Positions 23,523-28,657 of a stretch of DNA of 28,657 nt are shown piece after piece. Each line of letters starts with the position of its first letter. Within the stretch, counting starts at the first letter, position 1. Made by a program: the position numbers and the translations under genes. The DNA is from Escherichia phage ST-T-K. The notes beneath the pieces are model-generated. The model had not been told where the DNA came from. It was given only the letters and a program-made list of their open reading frames with translations, and searched no databases. The stretch lies in sequence record OR992647.1, one strand, 5' to 3'.

Positions 23523-23875
23523 TCACGCAATCCCATCAGTTCGAGATAGTACGACGTATGAAACACGCCGAACGCACGGGGGTAGTTGACTACCAGGCGG
23601 CGGACGTTCTCCGCGTTAAATTGGTCTGGCAGATTCCAGCCTTCAGCGACGTGCATGATGGCCTCAACCATAACGTTAAAGCCGTCCGGGTCATTGTCGT
23701 CATATTCCGACAGCTTGCGTTCGGTGTCCTGCATGGTCTGCGAAAACTCGTCGATCGGGCGGTGGCGGACGGTAAAGGTCATCTTGCCCGGCTCGTTCTC
23801 ACCAGGGCGCGGGATCTCAATCGGCAGCTTAAAGGTCGGCTTAGGGTCAAGTGTGAAGAGTGGTGCTTTAGCCAT
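23513..23875 (-). CDS. tail assembly chaperone, lambda gpG-like
   Basis: 120 aa from ATG at 23875 (RBS GGAGAA); acidic protein between major tail and tape measure genes; ends at the slippery site. Confidence 0.75.
   Translation of the reverse strand: MAKAPLFTLDPKPTFKLPIEIPRPGENEPGKMTFTVRHRPIDEFSQTMQDTERKLSEYDDNDPDGFNVMVEAIMHVAEGWNLPDQFNAENVRRLVVNYPRAFGVFHTSYYLELMGLREKN
23516..23522 (-). other. programmed -1 frameshift slippery heptamer A-AAA-AAC
   Basis: Minus-strand mRNA reads GAA AAA AAC TAA at the end of G; a downstream stem GGCGGCG / CGCCGCC starts 8 nt after the heptamer. Confidence 0.55.
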
Positions 23876-23891
23876 TGTAATATTCTCCAAT

Positions 23892-23914
23892 AAAAAAGGG
23901 GCCGTTCTGGCCCC
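23892..23914 (-). terminator. rho-independent terminator after the major tail protein gene
   Basis: On the minus strand, stem GGGGCC / GGCCCC (23898-23914) followed by TTTTTT (23897-23892), immediately before the G RBS. Confidence 0.7.
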
Positions 23915-23944
23915 ATATTAACACTCGCTATTTAAGCGACCAAA

Positions 23945-24670
23945 TCAAGACAATGCCTCGACCAGATCCTTACGGTAGATAACCATATCAGACTGCATGG
24001 TCAGAGTGGATTGTACCGTTTCCACGTTGTTTACTTCAGCGGACGGAATCTTCTGGAAAGATACCTTAGCCGGGTAAATACGGATTTCACCTTTGCCGCT
24101 TGCTGCCGCTGGGTTAGTGAACTTAATCACAGTGGTTTTCTGTGTGTCGTCCAGGTCTTCCAGGATAGGGCGGATCGGGTCTTCTTCGTCGTGGGTGAAG
24201 GTGTAAGTCTGGACCAACGGGTTTTTCGTGGTGTTCAGACTGATCGCGGTGTTCACCTGCAACGGCTGGAAGGTAGTCGTCTGCTGGTCGCCACCCGACA
24301 CGGCAACGTTAGTGATAAACGGGAAGTCGATAAAGCTCGACACCTTCACCACTTCACCCGGCGTTCCAACCGCAAAAGCGCCGGTAGGGTATTTGGTGAC
24401 GTCTTCGGTGTCGAAGCGCGCCAGCGTCACGTCGTTAGTCTCCACTTTACCCACGATGAACGCGCGGTTAAGGGCACGGACCCACGGGGTTTTGGTGAAC
24501 ATTACCACGTCACCAACTGCCAGACCGTGAGAAGCCGCGCAGGTAATAACGCAACCAGTGGTAAGGTCGGAGATTGACGCGGTGGCGTTGGTAGCTGCCG
24601 TAACCGCGATGCCTGCGCCTAATACGGACCCAATCTGGACGCTGGACCCGTTAGGAAGTTGATAACCCAT
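23945..24670 (-). CDS. major tail protein
   Basis: 241 aa; RBS AGGAG 7 nt before ATG at 24670; position upstream of G/G-T; followed by a strong terminator. Confidence 0.7.
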   Translation of the reverse strand: MGYQLPNGSSVQIGSVLGAGIAVTAATNATASISDLTTGCVITCAASHGLAVGDVVMFTKTPWVRALNRAFIVGKVETNDVTLARFDTEDVTKYPTGAFAVGTPGEVVKVSSFIDFPFITNVAVSGGDQQTTTFQPLQVNTAISLNTTKNPLVQTYTFTHDEEDPIRPILEDLDDTQKTTVIKFTNPAAASGKGEIRIYPAKVSFQKIPSAEVNNVETVQSTLTMQSDMVIYRKDLVEALS

Positions 24671-24730
24671 AATGAAGCTCCTGTTTAGATATACGGATTA
24701 ATGATACAGCACGCGCAGAATTGCGCCAAA

Positions 24731-25153
24731 TCAGGCGCAACAGTTATACAGGACCGATACCACAATGCGGGCGCGGTCGTCGTCTTCAATCACCGAACTG
24801 GTGTAGGGCGCGTCCTGAAGCTGGAAAGCCGCGCCAGCAATCTTGACGACCTGCCACTTGTCCGACGTCGCGATGGCGTCAGCCAGTTCGCTCGCGTATT
24901 GTGTGCCAGTGCCCGCGGGGAACACTACGGCAACCTGATACACGCCTGCATAGATCCGGCCTTTCTGCTGAAAGCCTACAAACTGGGTCGGGGCCGGTAG
25001 CAGGTATGGCTCCAGGTAGACACCATTGCCGTTAGCGTGGTCCCCCTTCACGTTCTCCCAGTTAACCTTGATCGGGCGCTGGTTAGTGCTCAGGCTAACC
25101 GCTAACTCTTCTACTACGCTGTTAAGCGCCTTGCGGATTAGAGTATTGCTCAT
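24731..25153 (-). CDS. tail terminator-like protein (gpU position)
   Basis: 140 aa; call is by synteny immediately upstream of the major tail gene; start overlaps the upstream stop (TAATG). Confidence 0.5.
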   Translation of the reverse strand: MSNTLIRKALNSVVEELAVSLSTNQRPIKVNWENVKGDHANGNGVYLEPYLLPAPTQFVGFQQKGRIYAGVYQVAVVFPAGTGTQYASELADAIATSDKWQVVKIAGAAFQLQDAPYTSSVIEDDDRARIVVSVLYNCCA

Positions 25154-25746
25154 TATTTCACCTTAGAATTAATTTCTGCCGCTACGACGCGAACAATCCC
25201 CGCTGGCGCTTGTTTACTCCAGCCATACTCAAGCCGCTGCGCATACGGCACGTTGTTAGTAAACCAGATCGACCCGTATTCGCCAGAATCGTAATGCGCC
25301 AGCACGTCACGACCCGCGGCTAATGTTGCCGTTCCGGCCTTGTCCACTCGGTCAACAGCGCCGACAGCCGGACGGTCGAAAGACACCTGCCAGTTCCCCC
25401 GGAAGCGCCCGCCGGTGTAATTCTTCGCAGCCCAGCCACGCTGGCGGAACGTGACGTTGCCGTTTTTAGTCTTGAACGATACCAATACACTGGCGTGCTT
25501 CTTCTGCCCGCGCTTAAGTTTGCCGCCATTCTTGCGGCGCTGTGCGGCGTTCACCTTGCTCGCGTGCTGGCGGGCCATCGCGTAAGCCTTGTTAATCTTC
25601 CACCGGCGGGGGTCGCCCACCGGGGAGATCTCAATCAGGCGTCCGAGTATTTGCATACCGGTCGCCCGCACCGCCTTGTCGTTGTTCTCCTTCGTCTTAT
25701 CTACCCATGTTGCAATGGTAGCGGCGAACGAGTAGACCTCAGCCAC
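25153..25746 (-). CDS. tail completion / neck protein (gpZ position)
   Basis: 197 aa, basic; call is by synteny between head-tail joining and tail terminator genes. Confidence 0.45.
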   Translation of the reverse strand: MAEVYSFAATIATWVDKTKENNDKAVRATGMQILGRLIEISPVGDPRRWKINKAYAMARQHASKVNAAQRRKNGGKLKRGQKKHASVLVSFKTKNGNVTFRQRGWAAKNYTGGRFRGNWQVSFDRPAVGAVDRVDKAGTATLAAGRDVLAHYDSGEYGSIWFTNNVPYAQRLEYGWSKQAPAGIVRVVAAEINSKVK

Positions 25747-25747
25747 G

Positions 25748-26101
25748 TTAGCCCCTTAGCTGTAATTGAAACAGCATGGTAGTGCCCGCCGGTTGCAGGG
25801 GGGTTGGATTGATAACACGGTAATCTGTGTTATTCAGGTTAACCAGATCGCCTACCTGCACTTGCTCCGCCGCCTGGCATAAGAACTTAACATCACCGGC
25901 AATGACCCGAGTCCCGTCGATCTCACGGGGTTTGTACTCCTCTCGAAGTCCGATAATATCAAACGACGTTGGCGGGATTACTATCTCGTCGCCGTCTACG
26001 CGGTCAACCGACCCAGGACGCGTTACGGTAACTGTCATGCCGAATTTTTTAATCAACGGATTAACTTTCCGCTTTAAGCCTGCGTAGTCAAAGCCCGCCA
26101 T
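25748..26101 (-). CDS. head-tail joining / head closure protein
   Basis: 117 aa; call is by size and synteny in the connector gene block. Confidence 0.5.
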   Translation of the reverse strand: MAGFDYAGLKRKVNPLIKKFGMTVTVTRPGSVDRVDGDEIVIPPTSFDIIGLREEYKPREIDGTRVIAGDVKFLCQAAEQVQVGDLVNLNNTDYRVINPTPLQPAGTTMLFQLQLRG

Positions 26102-26207
26102 CGTCTTCCCCCTGCGCCGGTGTTTCCGGCGGTACTGGTTCCGGTTCTTGTTCCAGTGGCTGTTTAGTATTTGCAGCTATAATAGCCGCGAGTAATGCCG
26201 GATTCAT
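26088..26207 (-). CDS. possible small acidic Pro-rich ORF (39 aa) bridging two connector genes
   Basis: ATG at 26207 sits 1 nt after the upstream stop; translates MNPALLAAIIAANTKQPLEQEPEPVPPETPAQGEDDGGL; overlaps the next start. Confidence 0.25.
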   Translation of the reverse strand: MNPALLAAIIAANTKQPLEQEPEPVPPETPAQGEDDGGL

Positions 26208-26208
26208 A

Positions 26209-26709
26209 TTAACCCCTGTATACGTCAAAGTTACCTGCGGCGTTGCCGTCAGTGTCCACCCAGTATCCCAGCAAGCCATCCCACCACGGGAACGATACAC
26301 CGCTACCAATCGTCGCGGGGTCATATTCCATCGTGATCGGACCAACCGTTTCACGGGTAGTCTCCTTCCCACCGCCGATCGGAGAAATATCAATATCGTC
26401 CGCTACCAGCATCGCCAGCCGGTAAACTGCTTGCTCAACGGCAACGGGGATTGATGCGAAGTCTACGATCTGCCCGGCGGGCACTACCGCCACAACTTCA
26501 GTGAGCGTGTCGCGCACCGGCTTACCGTCCGACGGGTAATTGATGCGAGGCCATGCGTCGACCCCAGTCTGGTCTGCTTGTTCGCCGATCCAGTTGATGC
26601 CGTTAAGGAAGTCATTAACGATGGTAAGGTGTCGCGTTGCATCGCCCAGCGTAATCTCAACGCCTCGCGCAGCGGCATAATCAGTAAAGGTTTGCGGGTC
26701 GCCATACAT
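26209..26709 (-). CDS. head-tail connector / adaptor protein
   Basis: 166 aa from ATG at 26709 (RBS AGGAG, 9-nt spacer) directly after the capsid terminator; first gene after the major capsid protein. Confidence 0.55.
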   Translation of the reverse strand: MYGDPQTFTDYAAARGVEITLGDATRHLTIVNDFLNGINWIGEQADQTGVDAWPRINYPSDGKPVRDTLTEVVAVVPAGQIVDFASIPVAVEQAVYRLAMLVADDIDISPIGGGKETTRETVGPITMEYDPATIGSGVSFPWWDGLLGYWVDTDGNAAGNFDVYRG

Positions 26710-26723
26710 TTTATTCACTCCTA

Positions 26724-26748
26724 TAAAAAAGGCGGGCATAAGCCCGCC
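26724..26748 (-). terminator. rho-independent terminator after the major capsid gene
   Basis: On the minus strand, stem GGGCGGGC / GCCCGCC with loop TTAT, followed by TTTTTT. Confidence 0.7.
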
Positions 26749-26767
26749 CCTTTGGGATGTGCGCCGA

Positions 26768-27868
26768 TTAAGACGCGCTGGTCGGAGTCAGCGTAACCAG
26801 TACGCCAGCCGTTTCCTTGATGTTACGGGTCGGCACGGCCTGTGCTGCCTGGGTCTTGCGACGGCCTTTAGTATCGCCATCACCCACCGCGCCAACGTCC
26901 TGCACGGTCGCAGGTGCGTTGTCTACCTGGCCCTGGTCCAGTTCCCAGTTGTCCTTAGTGGTGATATCCGCCAGCGTGAACGAACGTACACCTTCAACCG
27001 GAGTACGAGCGGACGCCTTCAGACGGTAGCCTTTAACAGCCACGTTGAAGTCGAACTCACCCTGCCACCAGCGCTCGATGTTCTCGTTACCGCCTTTTTC
27101 CTGCGCCAGCATATCGAGGCCGTTGGTGGTAACTGCAACCGCGCCAGGGACCAGACCCAGCATTTTTCCCGCGCCCATAGCATCGGCAGCGGCATCGGAG
27201 ATAATGAAACGACGGCCCAGGCCATCACCCATTACTTGCAGATCGCCGATCGCGAATACCTGCTCCGCGGAAGGAAGCGCCTGATAGGCAATGAAGTTAG
27301 CCCAGGTAACGCCATCCATAAACCAGGACTTAATCAAAGACGCCTGATCGCCGAACTTAGAAGCCGCCAGCGGGAAGTCTGCCAGGGTCGGGAAGGTTCG
27401 ACCGCCAACGCCATCTACGCGCGCCGGTTGGGTGTATGCTGCCGCTGCGTTGCTCTCGATCGCCGCTTTACTTGCGCCAATACCGGCCTTCAGGTAATGC
27501 AGCATAATCGCTTGAGTAGCCTGTGCCGCAATCTCAGCCGCAACGCTGTTAACGTTGGTTTCGATCTTAGCCATCATAGCCTTAGTGATTGCTACCGGAC
27601 CCACTTTCGCGGAGAGGTTAACCGAGTTGGTCAGCATACGCGCCAGCACTTTAGCGGTTGCCGGTGTGCCAACAGGCGCATATGCGTTGCGGTCAGTAAC
27701 GAGGTTGGCGATCAAGCCGACGGACATTTTTTCTACAACGTCCTTCAGCACTTCACCTGTACCGAGAACAACAGCACCATTAGCGGCAGCGTTGAACACG
27801 TTCAGGTTGTCGGGGATCATTTGCGTAACCGCGGTAACGAGTTTACGCTGGAACACTGTTAAAGACAT
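26768..27868 (-). CDS. major capsid protein
   Basis: 366 aa, Ala/Val/Gly/Thr-rich; RBS AAAGGA 7 nt before ATG at 27868; lies between scaffold and connector genes; followed by a terminator. The overlapping plus-strand ORF is Arg/Cys-rich and was rejected. Confidence 0.7.
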   Translation of the reverse strand: MSLTVFQRKLVTAVTQMIPDNLNVFNAAANGAVVLGTGEVLKDVVEKMSVGLIANLVTDRNAYAPVGTPATAKVLARMLTNSVNLSAKVGPVAITKAMMAKIETNVNSVAAEIAAQATQAIMLHYLKAGIGASKAAIESNAAAAYTQPARVDGVGGRTFPTLADFPLAASKFGDQASLIKSWFMDGVTWANFIAYQALPSAEQVFAIGDLQVMGDGLGRRFIISDAAADAMGAGKMLGLVPGAVAVTTNGLDMLAQEKGGNENIERWWQGEFDFNVAVKGYRLKASARTPVEGVRSFTLADITTKDNWELDQGQVDNAPATVQDVGAVGDGDTKGRRKTQAAQAVPTRNIKETAGVLVTLTPTSAS

Positions 27869-27935
27869 ATCGAAATCCTTTGAGTTGTGAGCATTCGCCC
27901 AGTGACGTTAATGTTACCTTAGATTTACGCGCTCG

Positions 27936-27959
27936 CAAAATCGCCCGCTTTCGCGGGCG
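27936..27959 (-). terminator. hairpin / partial terminator between scaffold and capsid genes
   Basis: On the minus strand, stem CGCCCGC / GCGGGCG with GAAA loop, followed by ATTTTG. Confidence 0.45.
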
Positions 27960-27965
27960 GTCTGC

Positions 27966-28628
27966 TTACTCGTCGTCGCCCATCTTAGCGATGATATCCC
28001 CTGCCTGTTTCGTCAGGTCTGTGATACCGAAGCTATGGCCCATCGTGATTTTAGACTTCGCATCTTCGATAACCTGTGTCGGTTTGCTCGGAGCGCCACC
28101 GGCTGGCGTGCCCGCCAGGACGGATGCAAAATCAGCGTTATTACGGAACTCTTTTTCAAGCTCGTCCATAGTCAGAGCGGACGGTTTGCCATCCTGCAAG
28201 ACACGCACCTTCAAGCTGCCGTCTTCGCCGTCTTCCAGCGCGAGGCGCTCCATTACGTGGCGTTGCATGATGCCAGCATTCTTACCAAATAGCTTCGATG
28301 CCAGGTCTTTGGCAGCGCTGCCGATAGTAAGGTCGTGGATCTGCTTGCGATAGGATTCGATTTTCCCCGATGTGTCAGCTTCGTGTTTTGCCAACTTATC
28401 CTTCCAGGATTTATCGATCGCTTCGAGGTCGCCATTTTTGCGCGCGGCGGCTTCCTCTTTCTCTTTCGCAAGGCGCTCGGCTTCGGCGCGGCGTTCAGCT
28501 TCTGCCTTCTTCTCGCTCACCAGCTTTGCGTTGTTGTCTTTCAGACCCTTGATTTCCGCCTGTACTTCTTCAGCGGACATAAATGTTGCTTTATACCCGT
28601 CACCATCGGCAACAAAAAGCGCCTTCAT
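27966..28628 (-). CDS. scaffolding protein (start uncertain; frame stays open to the window end)
   Basis: Highly charged, Ala/Glu/Lys-rich predicted coiled-coil protein immediately upstream of the capsid gene. ATG at 28628, but there is no in-frame stop between it and the window edge. Confidence 0.55.
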   Translation of the reverse strand: MKALFVADGDGYKATFMSAEEVQAEIKGLKDNNAKLVSEKKAEAERRAEAERLAKEKEEAAARKNGDLEAIDKSWKDKLAKHEADTSGKIESYRKQIHDLTIGSAAKDLASKLFGKNAGIMQRHVMERLALEDGEDGSLKVRVLQDGKPSALTMDELEKEFRNNADFASVLAGTPAGGAPSKPTQVIEDAKSKITMGHSFGITDLTKQAGDIIAKMGDDE

Positions 28629-28657
28629 ACCTTCCGGCAACGCGTCATATTCTGCTT

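Noticed and set aside
26759-27862. 367-aa plus-strand ORF overlapping the major capsid gene
   Set aside because: Arg/Cys-rich antisense translation, whereas the minus-strand frame has an RBS, capsid-like composition and a downstream terminator.
1-28657. Integrase, transposase or tRNA/rRNA genes
   Set aside because: No ORF shows recombinase or transposase motifs and no cloverleaf-like or rRNA-like stretch was recognised by eye. A tRNA scan would be needed to exclude tRNAs formally.

Overview
This window reads as a ~28.7 kb piece of a tailed dsDNA phage (siphovirus-like, lambda-type tail tip genes), with no integrase, transposase, CRISPR array or obvious tRNA/rRNA. Positions 1-11106 are a plus-strand early/replication module: a Cas4/RecB-like nuclease (5' truncated by the window edge), a T7 gp2.5-like SSB, a family A DNA polymerase, a VRR-NUC nuclease, an SNF2-like helicase, a minimal C5-MTase-like protein, a Dam-type N6-adenine MTase, a HAD phosphatase and several small unknown ORFs, many translationally coupled. 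Positions 11133-28657 are a convergent minus-strand late module: scaffold, major capsid, head-tail connector proteins, major tail protein, G/G-T chaperones with a -1 frameshift site, tape measure, a Dit/M-like protein, L, K, I, J, and a distal tail fiber with a C-terminal intramolecular chaperone (S74) domain. A plus-strand two-gene moron (lipoprotein plus a 321-aa Gly/Asn/Ser-rich protein) sits between J and the fiber gene with its own promoter and terminator. The most unusual signal is a ~380 bp non-coding gap between the chaperone T frame and the tape measure gene, packed with GTCCCGC iterons, two GGGACGTCCC palindromes and a ~79 bp tandem duplication. Other signals worth a second look are a TTGGT(T/C)GC element recurring at five early promoter regions, a near-identical terminator-plus-leader cassette in front of two early genes, and an N-terminal domain shared between the Dit/M-like protein and the tail fiber. 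All protein calls rest on motifs recognised by eye in the supplied translations; no database search was run.
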